This document shows positions 34,624 to 44,742 of a stretch of DNA of 64,000 bases, one piece after another; position 1 is the stretch's first letter, and each line of letters starts with the position of its first letter. This stretch comes from an uncultured Verrucomicrobiae bacterium (lineage in GTDB: Bacteria; Verrucomicrobiota; Verrucomicrobiia; Limisphaerales; JAFGQR01), in the NCBI GenBank assembly GCA_963788655.1, contig CAWBHS010000099.1:32001-96000 (forward strand). The letters are read 5' to 3'. Under the pieces are notes generated by a model that did no database searches, was not told the DNA's origin, and saw only the letters and a list, made by a program, of their open reading frames with translations. A program made the translations under genes and the position numbers.

Positions 34624-36435
34624 TTACTCCTCGGTAGTAGCCGCCGGTTTGCATTGTGATTGGATTTCGCGAATCAGCTCGAAATTGCAAATCCGCACCT
34701 CCGGTTTGCCCAGGGTGCTGAAGACCAGCTCGTTGTCGGGGCCCACGGAGAGCAGCAAATGATCGGGTTTCAGATTCAGATCTTCAACGCCGCTTTCGCC
34801 AAGGCGCCCCGCGGTGCTTCGCAATAATTCAGTTTGGATCGTCTCCGTGATACGTCCCTCCAGCAGGGCCTGTTCAGCATTGATTCCCTGATGGTACTGC
34901 ATGTCCTGCGCGGCCAACAGTTCATCGGGCCCATTCCAGAAACCCCAGATCGTGATGTAATCGTGGTCTTCCCGCAATACCGGTTTGCCATCCGGCGTGA
35001 GCAAATCTCGGAAACGGTCGTACCGATGGTGATCGGATATCTTGCGCACCGCATCCGTCTTATGGCCGGTCATGTAAATCGCCCGCGGATAGACCGTCTT
35101 CAGCTTGCCCTGACCGATCCGAAACGCATACGCGAATTCCTCAAACGGTGTGTTGTACCCGTGTTGATAAATGTGCTGGGCCTGCTCGCTATCGCCCACC
35201 AGCACGGGCGCGTCGCCCATGCGGGAGATTTTCCAGACCAGGTGGATGTTGTCCTTGGTACGGGTGTAAAACACCTGGTTGCTGGGTGAAAGTGAAGTTT
35301 TGCGCGTGCGTCGCCAACGTTCGGGGAGGAAGTAATTGAACAAGTCGGGGTCACGCCCCACCACCCAAAGCAAGCCGCCGGTGCTTTCCGCATGGCCAAA
35401 AATGTAATCCACGCCCGATACCGTGGTTGCCTTCAGATGGGCGGGCAAAGGTTTGCTGGTCAGCGCCTCGAACCGCTTGGCCATGTGCTGCAGATAATGC
35501 CGTCGATGGACCTTGCGCACCGCCTCCTCATGATCGGGCGTGCGCTCCAGCAATTCATAATCCACCACCGCATAGACGAGTTGACCGTGTTTATCGCGCA
35601 CGAACGTGCGATTATCGGCCTTCGTCCGCACGATGATATGGGCCGGTTTCATATCGACCACGCGATACCCCTTTTGTTCCAGTTCATGATTCACCAGGCT
35701 AGTGGTGCTGGCATAGAACTCCTCGCGCTCCTTCGGATCGAGTTGCCAGAGGTCGGCCACATCGACGATGTCCAACCCTTTGACCCAACCGTACAGGACG
35801 ACGTATTGCCGCAGGATGTCCAATTCGACGCCGGGGGATTGCTTGATTTTGGCCGCGATCTTACTCTCGGAACGCCCCGTTTGCCAGAGCTGAAACCGTT
35901 CGGGCGGTACGTAAATCGCCAGGGGCCGCTGCGTGCGAATGCGAATTCCGCGCGGGCCGGTAGCCCCGGAACGTAGTTCCATCAAGAGCGAAAACTCCTC
36001 GAACGGACTGTTAAACTCGGCGTTGATGAATTTGTTGATCGTCAACGTGTCCACCGGCACCTCTTCCCCCACCCGCGACCATTTCACAACCAAGTGCAGT
36101 CGTTTGCCACGGACGCTGCGGGTGGGCACTTTATACACCACACTGGTTCCCACCAAACGCTCGCGTTTCGCTTCGAACCACTCCCGCGCGTACCAGTTTT
36201 CGGGCAGCAAGTGCTCCCAAAACGGAACCCCGAATTGCGTCAGATAAAGATCCCCGCCATCGCCGGTCTGACAATGGACATAGCCGACATCCAGCAAATT
36301 AACGTAGTTGGCGCCCGGGGGATGGGCCGTTCCGGCAGATATAAACGAAGTCTCCGGCACGATTTGGCCGACTTTCTCCGCGTTACCGAGAGCGGACGCG
36401 ACTGGAGTCACGGATGGATCCGTATCTAATCCCAT
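34624..36435 (-). CDS. Hypothetical protein made of two homologous kinase-like domains
   Basis: Internal duplication (LLPENW/FLPERW, HLVVKWSRVG/HLVWKISRMG, NSPFEEF/NTPFEEF). Catalytic-like DMKPAH and VDYE occur in repeat 1. Confidence 0.7.
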   Translation of the reverse strand: MGLDTDPSVTPVASALGNAEKVGQIVPETSFISAGTAHPPGANYVNLLDVGYVHCQTGDGGDLYLTQFGVPFWEHLLPENWYAREWFEAKRERLVGTSVVYKVPTRSVRGKRLHLVVKWSRVGEEVPVDTLTINKFINAEFNSPFEEFSLLMELRSGATGPRGIRIRTQRPLAIYVPPERFQLWQTGRSESKIAAKIKQSPGVELDILRQYVVLYGWVKGLDIVDVADLWQLDPKEREEFYASTTSLVNHELEQKGYRVVDMKPAHIIVRTKADNRTFVRDKHGQLVYAVVDYELLERTPDHEEAVRKVHRRHYLQHMAKRFEALTSKPLPAHLKATTVSGVDYIFGHAESTGGLLWVVGRDPDLFNYFLPERWRRTRKTSLSPSNQVFYTRTKDNIHLVWKISRMGDAPVLVGDSEQAQHIYQHGYNTPFEEFAYAFRIGQGKLKTVYPRAIYMTGHKTDAVRKISDHHRYDRFRDLLTPDGKPVLREDHDYITIWGFWNGPDELLAAQDMQYHQGINAEQALLEGRITETIQTELLRSTAGRLGESGVEDLNLKPDHLLLSVGPDNELVFSTLGKPEVRICNFELIREIQSQCKPAATTEE

Positions 36436-36631
36436 CTCGCCAGTCTAAATACAGCGTCCACCAGCGCAAGCTACAGTTGCACAAAAACGGTAGAAGCAGG
36501 GCTGGGGCAAATCCGCAGGCCGAAATTCGAACGTAATTGCACCCGAGACGCTTTATTGAGCAGCCATTCACGATGAGAACTGCTTTCGGCCTTCGGGTTT
36601 CGGGTTTCTTTCGGATCTCGGACTTCGGATT

Positions 36632-37711
36632 CTATTTCTTGGCGATTGGCGCCTTGGCTTCTACCCACCGGTCGGTGGCTCCCAACAGGACTTGGCGCAA
36701 TCGTGCCTGCACCCCGGTGATCAGGTCACTCGCTTCGGTTACCGTCAAGTTTTCCAGCATGGCGATTTCATCCGCTTCGAAGCCCTCCAAAAAGTGCAAC
36801 TCGAACACGGCGCGCTCTTTGACTGGCCACGAGGCGGTTACTTCGTGCAGGTAATGGACCAAGTCGTGTTCCATGGCAATGGCATCAGGACTCTCCGTTC
36901 GGCGGTCGGCCACCAGATCGGACAATCGCGCTGTCGTCGGTTCAAGGTTTTCCTCGATAATTCCCAACGGATTCTCCGCGTCGTATCCTTCCACGATCTC
37001 GGCCTCGTCGGCAACCGGTTGGGTTTCGTCCAACGGCACCGATTCCTGGCCTTCCACGCGCAATTGGCGGTATCGGCGCGCCAATTCCTGGCGCAGGAGA
37101 TCAAAGAGCCACAGCCGGTAACTCAACTCCGGCGGTTTGGCTTCCGGATCGGCCAAAGCTTGGCGCACCACTTCGTCAACCGCCGCCTCAGCCGTGATGG
37201 CGCCTTTGGGAACCAGACCGGAAAGATGCGCTCGGGAAAGTTGCCGCTGCACATGGTACAGCAACCGGCCATAGTACCGCTGAATCATCGTCGCCAGCGT
37301 ATCCGCGAGCGACTGGGGGCCTTCGGGATGCGGTTCAGCGGCAAACCGAAACGCGTTGTCCACCGGCACCAGCTCCCGCCGCGCCGCAGGCTTCCAATCC
37401 TGTTCGCGGCGCAACTCCGCTTTCAAGCTCCCCAACTCCCGCAGGAGCGCCGCCACCGCCTTGTCAAACGCGGTGATGGGATCCACCGCGGCCTTGTGAG
37501 TGTGCAGGATGTTTGAAGGTAGGCGTAACGTCAGGGCTACGGTGAAATGCTGCCGTTTGGGATGCCGTTCCAGGCTGACCAATAAGTGGACGGCATCCGG
37601 CGGAAAGTGCTGGAGATGCGTCTCCAATTTGGAAATCTTCTGGTGGATTTTCGACAGCAGTTGTTGGCGGGGACTAACACGTTTCGTGATCAGGTTCCAA
37701 GAGAGCGTCAT
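36632..37711 (-). CDS. HPF/RaiA-like domain fused to sigma-70 region 2/region 4-like domains
   Basis: The first ~100 aa have the S30AE pattern (KISKLETHL...FTVALTLRLPSNIL...AFDKAVAALLREL). Then AEAAVDEV...YRLWLF, and ERAVFELHFLEGFEADEIA...ARLRQVL. Confidence 0.75.
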   Translation of the reverse strand: MTLSWNLITKRVSPRQQLLSKIHQKISKLETHLQHFPPDAVHLLVSLERHPKRQHFTVALTLRLPSNILHTHKAAVDPITAFDKAVAALLRELGSLKAELRREQDWKPAARRELVPVDNAFRFAAEPHPEGPQSLADTLATMIQRYYGRLLYHVQRQLSRAHLSGLVPKGAITAEAAVDEVVRQALADPEAKPPELSYRLWLFDLLRQELARRYRQLRVEGQESVPLDETQPVADEAEIVEGYDAENPLGIIEENLEPTTARLSDLVADRRTESPDAIAMEHDLVHYLHEVTASWPVKERAVFELHFLEGFEADEIAMLENLTVTEASDLITGVQARLRQVLLGATDRWVEAKAPIAKK

Positions 37712-38068
37712 AATTTCAATATCACCTTTGCTCGATCCATTTTGCCCGGAGCCCCAGGGTCCGGCACGGCTTCAGGGTGCAACCGAACACCAGCCTCAAT
37801 TTACCCCCGGACCGGTCGGTGTCGTCGGCCCGGCGCTTCGATTGGCAGCCCATTACTCGTCGCATCCTGCTCAGAACGTTCACCAACTATTCGCGATTGT
37901 CCACGATGGATTGAGTGGAAGCCGGTTCCAGACTTCCGACTGAGGTTGTCGCGAAGGTTGCCCGGCTTGGTGGGATTGTGCCGTCAAACAATCGTCAATT
38001 TTTCTGAAGTCCCCAATCGGGTGCTGCCGGCAAGCAGCCGGACGCACGTGGGAATGGGCAACGGTAAA

Positions 38069-38216
38069 TCGCGCCAGCGTTTGGAGCGCGTGGAGCTTGC
38101 TCCCGCTTTCATTGGACGAAGGTGGACCGCAATGAACAGAATCGTTTGCAGGCATCTGGCGGACCTTTTCTCTTCGAAAGCGCCGGCAAGCCGGACGCAC
38201 TCCAAACGCTGCGCGA
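38069..38216. repeat. REP-like inverted doublet, family A (second copy, opposite orientation)
   Basis: Arms at 38069-38110 and 38175-38216 match those at 1830-1978. Confidence 0.85.
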
Positions 38217-38332
38217 GGTGCGGAAACCAACGTGATACGTTCCCCGATACACTCACCGCCTGCCCGTAGAAACGAAGGCGATGAGTGCGCGCGAATATTT
38301 ACCCTCAGTTCGAACGCCAATTGCACGTTCGA

Positions 38333-38358
38333 TCTGCCGGCAGGATGCTGGCAGCACG
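38333..38358. repeat. REP-like family B copy
   Basis: TCTGCCGGCAGGATGCTGGCAGCACG. Confidence 0.7.
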
Positions 38359-38380
38359 CTGTCAGGCCTGCATTTTCCCG

Positions 38381-41300
38381 CTAAAATTCGTAGGCGAACG
38401 AGAGGCCGAGGGTGATGCCCTTGGTGTAAGCGGCATACGTGGCGGAGCCGTTCTTGCCGTAGGTGATTTCGTGTTTCGGATCCAGGAGATTCTTGGCGGA
38501 AAACTTCAACTTCATGTTTCGCCCGAGGCGTTGGGAGATGATGAAGTCCAGGCCGGGAGCCGGTTGCTCGTAGAGGTCCGGGCTGTTTTGGGAGGTAATG
38601 ACCAGCCGCGGCCCGGAGATATTAAACAGGAGCGACGCACTGGTGCCGCTACGCGGATTGTCGTAGCTCAAATCCACATTGGCGATGTAGGGAGATTGGT
38701 CCTCCAACGGGCGGGTGGTGTCATCGATGCGAAATTTGCGCAACGAGTTTTGCTCGTCATCCGGAATGTCTTCCTCCGATTCAATCAGGGTCAGATTGCC
38801 GCCCAAGCTGAAATGACGCAAGCTGCGATGGAGGAATGCCAGTGACTTGCGGGCTTCAAACTCCACCCCATAGACGGTGCCCTTATCGCGGTTCACGTAT
38901 CCAACAAAGTCACCCACCTTGTCCGTGGCGCGCTTTTCAATCAGATCCTTCAGATCCTTGTAGAAAATGCCGACCGAGAATATTTCCCCAGGATTGGGAA
39001 ACCATTCCCAGCGCAAGTCGTAGTTTTTTATTTGCGAGATGCGGAGATCGGCGTTGCCCGTCAGAAACACGTCCAGCACGGGATCGTAACTCTGGATCGG
39101 AGCCAGTTCGCGGAACGAGGGCCGGGCGATGGTTTGGCCATAGTTAAGCCGCAGATTCATATTGGTGCGGAGCGTATAGACCAGCCCGACCGCGGGCAGC
39201 AAATGGGCCTGGTCGAGACTGGAAGGGACATCCTCTCCGCTGGTGCCATTCAAGCCCGGGATGGTACTGCTGGACACCATGTCAATTTGGGTGGTTTCGT
39301 AGCGTGCTCCACCAATGAAACGCAGTCTCCGGCCCACGGGAAGATCCGTCATCAGGTAACCCGCCGTGATGGAGCGATCCCCGCTATAGCGATTGTCGAA
39401 GGGAGCATCCAAATAGGTGTTCCAATCAAACGCATAGGTGGTATTCCGGCTGGTCACGTTGGTCGTGACGGAAGCGATGCCCAAATTGGCGGGGGTCAGA
39501 TACTCGTTCGGATCCGGGTTCGCCAACTTGCTGTCGGGCGATTTATACTGATAGAAACGCTCTTTGAAGTTACGGGTGGATTGGCTGTCAAAGTAACCAA
39601 ACTTGATCTCGCCAGGATTCCAGGACAAGGGACTGAACGGCACCGCCAAGTCGAATTTCAGGTTCAGATTGTTTTCATCCAGGTTACGAAAGAAGCGGCG
39701 GGGAAATTGAGGATCGAGGTTGGCGTCGCCAAAGTTGCCCGAGCGCGCGGCGTAAAAACGCACGTCGGGCTCATCCTGGGTGGTATCGGTCAGGGTGGCC
39801 AGCCAATTGAATTTGACGTTCCTGAAGGGACGGAGTCAGGTCAAACACGTGGCCGCCTTTCAATTGGAACATAGTGAGGTTCCGTTCGATCCACTGCAAC
39901 CGGTCCTCGACCAACTGGTTGCCACCAATCGGATCTCCGGCCGTATGGTCGAAGCCCTGGCGCATGCGGGAACTATCCTCGGCAAATTGATTGTAAAGGA
40001 AGTTGAACCCAATCTCGTGATCATCACTGAGTTGGTAGGCCAGACTGACGGAGCCCGACCAGTTGATCGTCTCCTTGGATTTGGCCTCGGTGTATCCTTT
40101 GATTTGCTCCAGGTCTCCCGGTTCTTTGCTGAAATCGTATTTGTACCGACCGACCTCGCCATTGTCGTAGAACGAATACGAGTGGTTGTAAGGCAGATTG
40201 AAAAAGATGCCCACGGGCCGGCTGAACAGCAGCGCGGTGTCTCCGCCGGACAAAGAAAAGTTATGATTCAGCGGCGACATCGTGGTCGTGGGGCCCAAGG
40301 CCGCCGGACCCAGGATCTTGGTCAAGCGGTCGTTCGCATAATTGTCCTCGAGCAGTCGGGTGCCCTGGGCGGGGTTGGACGTTGTAATCCGAACGGTCTG
40401 CCGGCCGAGGGGAAACCCGATGCGTTTCTCCGCCTCCAGTTCGGGCGGCAATTGTCGGGTGCCATCGTCCATTCCCAGCCAATCGGTGCCCCCGCCCGGA
40501 TAGGTGAGGAAGTTCTTGTTCAGGCTGGCTTGGGTATTATACGAGCCTCCCACCTCGAGGCCAAAGAAGGGCTTTTCGGGAAACGACTTGGTGATGATGT
40601 TGATGTTGCCACCGGTGAAACTGCCCGGTTGATCGGGAGTGAACGTTTTGGTGACTGCCACCCGGTCGATGATCTTGGCGGGAAACATGTCCAGCGACGC
40701 CGAACGCCGGTACGGGTCCGAGGACGGCAGTTCGGCTCCGTTGAGCGTGGCCGCGCTGTAACGGTCGGTCAATCCGCGGATCACCGCATAGCCCTCACTG
40801 GACACCGCGGCGCCGGAGACTTTGCTGACAATCGCCGCGGCATCGGACACGCCCGATTTAGAAATCTGCTCGGAGCTTACCGCTTCCACGCCAGCCGCGG
40901 ACTTGGATCGTTCTTGATATACGGCGGAGATGGTGCTGGGCGGCGGTTTGAAGATGGAGAGCTTCGGCGGCGGAGGGGCGGCGCGCCGGGTGGCTCGTTG
41001 TTCCGTGGTTGGTTTCTTCTCCTGGGCTTCCCCCGACCCGCCTTTGGACTTGCCCCCGGTCTGGCTGCGGGTGTCAGTGAAAAAGGTCTGGCCCACAGCG
41101 GCCGGCGCGTCGGCCGCCACGGCCCGGCGGGTACCGCTGCTGGCTCGCGGGGTGAGGCTTTTGGGCAGTTGGGAACTGGGGGGCGGCGGCGGTGGCGGGC
41201 GCTCCGGTTTCCTGGTGGTTGCCTCTTCAACACGGCGTTTCTTCTCTGAACGTATAAACTTCAGGTAGCGATCCAAAAGTTCCTTACCTTTTTCCGTATG

Positions 41301-41399
41301 CGCCGCCCAGTATAGGACCCCGGCCACCAGAATTACATGAGCCACGATGGAAATGATGATTCCGGTGCGGTCCTTCTTGGATTTCGTCTTACGAGGCAT
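38381..41399 (-). CDS. TonB-dependent receptor with N-terminal TonB-like membrane anchor and Pro-rich spacer; frameshift near 39825
   Basis: Plug motifs IRGLTDRYSAATLNG, LDMFP and KTFTPDQPGSFTGGNINIITK; barrel motifs GGARYE, TIARPSFRELAP, NYDLRWEWFP and KNLLD; terminal AYEF. A one-base shift near 39825 gives NVKFNWLATLTDTTQDEPDVRFY and joins the two ORFs. Confidence 0.9.
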
Positions 41400-41492
41400 T
41401 AAAGCTCCAGATTAGAGGGGCATCTGTCCGATTCGGGAACGGCCAGCATTTCAGTCGGTGGCAAGGCGGGACCGGCATTGGCCCGCCGCGCA

Positions 41493-41912
41493 TCATCGCA
41501 AGGCTCCTCCCGTATCGGTGGCCAAACCGACTTTGTTGATGTTGGCCGAAATCAGCACGTCGAGCACATCCATGATCCGCTGGTAGTTGATGGCGCGGTC
41601 TCCGGCCACCACCACATTCAGATCTTCATCTTGCTTGCGGAACTCGACGAGGGTGCGCAGGAGTTGGTCCAGATTCATTTCCACGCCGTTCAGGAAGATC
41701 TTCCCCTGGTTATCGACCGAGACATAGTTCGCTTTCTTGGTCGGTTCTTCCTTCGGATTGGGGGTAGCGGAGGGAAGGCTGATGTTCACTTCATTCACGG
41801 GGGGCGCCGTCGTGATAATGAAAATGACGAGCAACACAAACGCCAGGTCGAGCAACGGCGTGATGTTCAGCTCGTGCATCGTCCCATGTTTGGAGGCGGA
41901 ATACTTTTTCAT
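41493..41912 (-). CDS. exbD: Biopolymer transport protein ExbD/TolR
   Basis: ELNITPLLDLAFVLLVIFII with the conserved membrane Asp, and VAGDRAINYQRIMDVLD. Confidence 0.92.
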   Translation of the reverse strand: MKKYSASKHGTMHELNITPLLDLAFVLLVIFIITTAPPVNEVNISLPSATPNPKEEPTKKANYVSVDNQGKIFLNGVEMNLDQLLRTLVEFRKQDEDLNVVVAGDRAINYQRIMDVLDVLISANINKVGLATDTGGALR

Positions 41913-41945
41913 AAGCCGGAAAGCAAATCGGGAGCCGGGTGGACC

Positions 41946-42821
41946 TCAGGCGCTGGCAAACGACGATTCGGTTTGGCCCTCCGCCCGCATCTTCTTGAGC
42001 GCGTCGGCAATCTCATCGGCAATCGGGCGATGGTCCACATAGCCGTGTTCGATCGCGGTGGCGTATTCGGCGGTGAAATTGTCCAGTTCCTGGGTGATGG
42101 CGCGGATGGTGGTAATCATGTAGTTATAAGCGAACATGGCGGGGATGGCGACAAACAGGCCGGTGACGGTGGCCAGCAACGCGGCCGCCACGCCCGGCGC
42201 CATGGCCGCCAGGCTGGCCGCCTGCACTTGGGCAATGCCGGAAAAGGTTTCCATGACGCCCCAAACGGTGCCCAGCAGCCCGATGAACGGCCCGCCGGCC
42301 ACAGCGGTGGACAGAATGATCATGCTTTTTTCCAACGAAATGGATTGGGCGCTCACCGCGCGTTCCAGGGCCACCCGAACCGATTCGAAGGAGGCCCCGC
42401 TGATCTTGACGGTGTTGGCTCGCGCAAAGTAATCCGTCTCCGCATGCTTGGCGAGGTCGTCCGGATTCTCGGATTTCACCGCGTCCACCTGGCTCACAAT
42501 CACCGGATTGTTTTTCAGATGGTAGGCCAATTCCTCCGCCCCGGTGAAGTACACTTCGTAAGCCGGTGCCCCGACGAACTCCTGCTCCTTGTTATACAGC
42601 TCCATGGGTTCACGCGTGGCCCGGTAGGCACTGAAAAATTTCCGGGCCATGGTGCTGGCCTTGATCAACTGCCGGCCTTTGCTGATCATCACCGTCCAAC
42701 TGAACAGGGAGAGGAAGATCAGCATGACAATGGTCATTTTGCCTTCGGTGGTCAGCTTGTCCACCGCGAAGGAGACGGCGTTCGCAAACATCGGGATCAG
42801 GTCGTGCGCTTCCATAATCAT
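41946..42821 (-). CDS. exbB: ExbB/TolQ/MotA proton channel protein
   Basis: LSTAVAGGPFIGLLGTVWGVM and GVAAALLATVTGLFVAIPAMFAYN. Confidence 0.92.
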   Translation of the reverse strand: MIMEAHDLIPMFANAVSFAVDKLTTEGKMTIVMLIFLSLFSWTVMISKGRQLIKASTMARKFFSAYRATREPMELYNKEQEFVGAPAYEVYFTGAEELAYHLKNNPVIVSQVDAVKSENPDDLAKHAETDYFARANTVKISGASFESVRVALERAVSAQSISLEKSMIILSTAVAGGPFIGLLGTVWGVMETFSGIAQVQAASLAAMAPGVAAALLATVTGLFVAIPAMFAYNYMITTIRAITQELDNFTAEYATAIEHGYVDHRPIADEIADALKKMRAEGQTESSFASA

Positions 42822-43142
42822 TAATCAGAGGTCACAATTCATTCGGTTCCGGTTTCTGGCCACGCGCACGAACCACCACGCTTGCCCGGGGGGCTTGCGG
42901 CTCGGTCCAAAATTGCGGTGTCCAACACATCGTGAAATTTGAATCCAACTTAAGGATGAGCTGTGGCAAACCCATGGCAGTCCCGTTACTTTTCTGTCAC
43001 GACGAATTGGACGATGGGACGGCCGATATTTGGTATTTAATGCCATCCTTGGCAACACGTTGCCAAGGTGCTACCGCAGGCGTTGGGACGTAGCTTAAGA
43101 CGCTAGCGCTGGCGCCGGCGCGATAGCGTCTTGGAGTGCGGC

Positions 43143-43366
43143 AACGTGCTGCCGGCATCTTGCCGGCAGTTTGGAACGGCGGCTTCAAATAATGACCAAT
43201 GCCCAATGCCCATCACTCCGGCATCCGCCTTTTGATTTCGGTAGGGTCATTGCGGACTTGGCCATTCTCTGGGACTTGGCCATTGGTCAGTGGCACCTCG
43301 GGCGCGCGCATTAGTTCGAGACTTGCTCTTGCACACGCTCTGCCGGCGGGACGCCGGCAGCACGTT
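43143..43366. repeat. REP-like family B inverted doublet enclosing degenerate short repeats
   Basis: AACGTGCTGCCGGCATCTTGCCGGCAG (43143-43169) and CTGCCGGCGGGACGCCGGCAGCACGTT (43340-43366). Confidence 0.8.
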
Positions 43367-43388
43367 GCCGGTCCATACTACACTTCCT

Positions 43389-44342
43389 CTAGTTTGCCGG
43401 AGAAGCCGGCTCGTCGCCCACCGCACAGGGATTGGCGCGGTTGCCCAACCGTTTCCGCCATTCGCTGGGGCTGGTGCCGAACTGCTTTTTGAAGGTGGTG
43501 TTGAAGATGCCGGGATGCCGGTAGCCAACCGCCAACGCGACCGTGGCGATCTTCTCACTGGTTTCCGCCAACATCTGTTTGGCCTTGATCATGCGGATTT
43601 CCGCCTGTTTGGCGCGGAAAGACACGCCGACATTCTGAATGAACAACCGATTGAAGTGCCGCGGGCCACAGTTGCAACGGGCCGCCAATTCGGTGACGGA
43701 ACATTCCAAGATTTCTGCCTCGGGCAGTTGCTGGAGGAGCAGCCGGATACGTTTGTTGGCCGGCATGAACGTTTTGCCGGGCGTGCGCGTCTGCCGGCAT
43801 TCGCGGTCGAAGAATAACGCGGCGATCTGGAGCATCAGACATCGGGCCAGCAGGCCCTGACGTTGTGCCACCTGGGCCTGCAAGCGGAGAAAAGTGTCGG
43901 CGAGCGGATCCCCGGGGCGGAAGCGGCGCGCAACGGGCTTCTTCCGTGAGGGTAACAATTCCAGTTGCCGCAATTCGTCCAGCGTCAGCAGGCCCGGCAA
44001 TAACTCGGGACAAAATAGAAAGAAGCTTAAGGTCGCGTCCCCCAGTTGGCTGGCACGAAATGTCCCGGGCCGGTGCGGTACTACGATCAAGGCATCTCCC
44101 TCATCCAACTCGATCACTTCCCCCGCTCTCAACCAATAGCCGCGACCGGTGCTCAGCCGCAGGAAGCACCAGCACGCAAACTCCGCCTTCCATTCGCCCG
44201 AAGGCGGGAGGTTCTCTTCATACAATGAGAGATGGCTTTGACGATTCACTTTCTTTAGAACCCTGCGAATTTGGCATGGGCAGGTTACACTGCAAGGGCA
44301 GCCCGGCGACATTTCGGCAACAAGCTGGTGACGAAGAGTCAT
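43389..44342 (-). CDS. AraC-family transcriptional regulator (start uncertain)
   Basis: Cupin-like N-terminus and C-terminal SVTELAARC...KIATVALAVGYRHPGIFNTTFKKQFGTSPSEWR. Confidence 0.88.
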   Translation of the reverse strand: MTLRHQLVAEMSPGCPCSVTCPCQIRRVLKKVNRQSHLSLYEENLPPSGEWKAEFACWCFLRLSTGRGYWLRAGEVIELDEGDALIVVPHRPGTFRASQLGDATLSFFLFCPELLPGLLTLDELRQLELLPSRKKPVARRFRPGDPLADTFLRLQAQVAQRQGLLARCLMLQIAALFFDRECRQTRTPGKTFMPANKRIRLLLQQLPEAEILECSVTELAARCNCGPRHFNRLFIQNVGVSFRAKQAEIRMIKAKQMLAETSEKIATVALAVGYRHPGIFNTTFKKQFGTSPSEWRKRLGNRANPCAVGDEPASPAN

Positions 44343-44656
44343 CAGCCGGCCGGCGCGGTTGGCGGTCAGGTTATGAAATAGATGAGGATACGTAATCGGA
44401 CACGGAAATTGGAGTGCAAGCTCAGCGATTGGCCGTGAGGCGGCATCGATTCGTCATCGGGCTGTAACACCGTTTCTGAGTCGTAGGTCAGGAGCAGCGG
44501 CCCAGCGTCGGCGATCGATCCCGGTAGCTTTCAAGGCGCACAAGACCTTGCCTGACAAACGTCTGATGCGGACGGCCCGCCGCCCCAGGCCGTCGTCACC
44601 GCTGACTGCTTCGCGCCAATACCGGGCCGCTTGCGTCCCAGCCTCCAGCGACGAGA

Positions 44657-44717
44657 TTGTCACCAATTTGTCACCTAATTGACCTTTACGTGTAACTTAC
44701 GTTCCCTATGGTGTCAC
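44657..44717 (+). promoter_or_regulatory. Pho-box-like direct repeat array
   Basis: TTGTCAC (44657), TTGTCAC (44668), TTGACCT (44679) and GTGTAAC (44690) are at an exact 11-bp period, plus GTGTCAC at 44711. They lie directly upstream of the porin and pst genes. Confidence 0.75.
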
Positions 44718-44742
44718 CGCGTAACTAATCAATCCTAATACT

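Noticed and set aside
43049..43064. Sigma54 site within the palindrome upstream of exbB
   Set aside because: Spacing is GG-N9-GC rather than the required N10.
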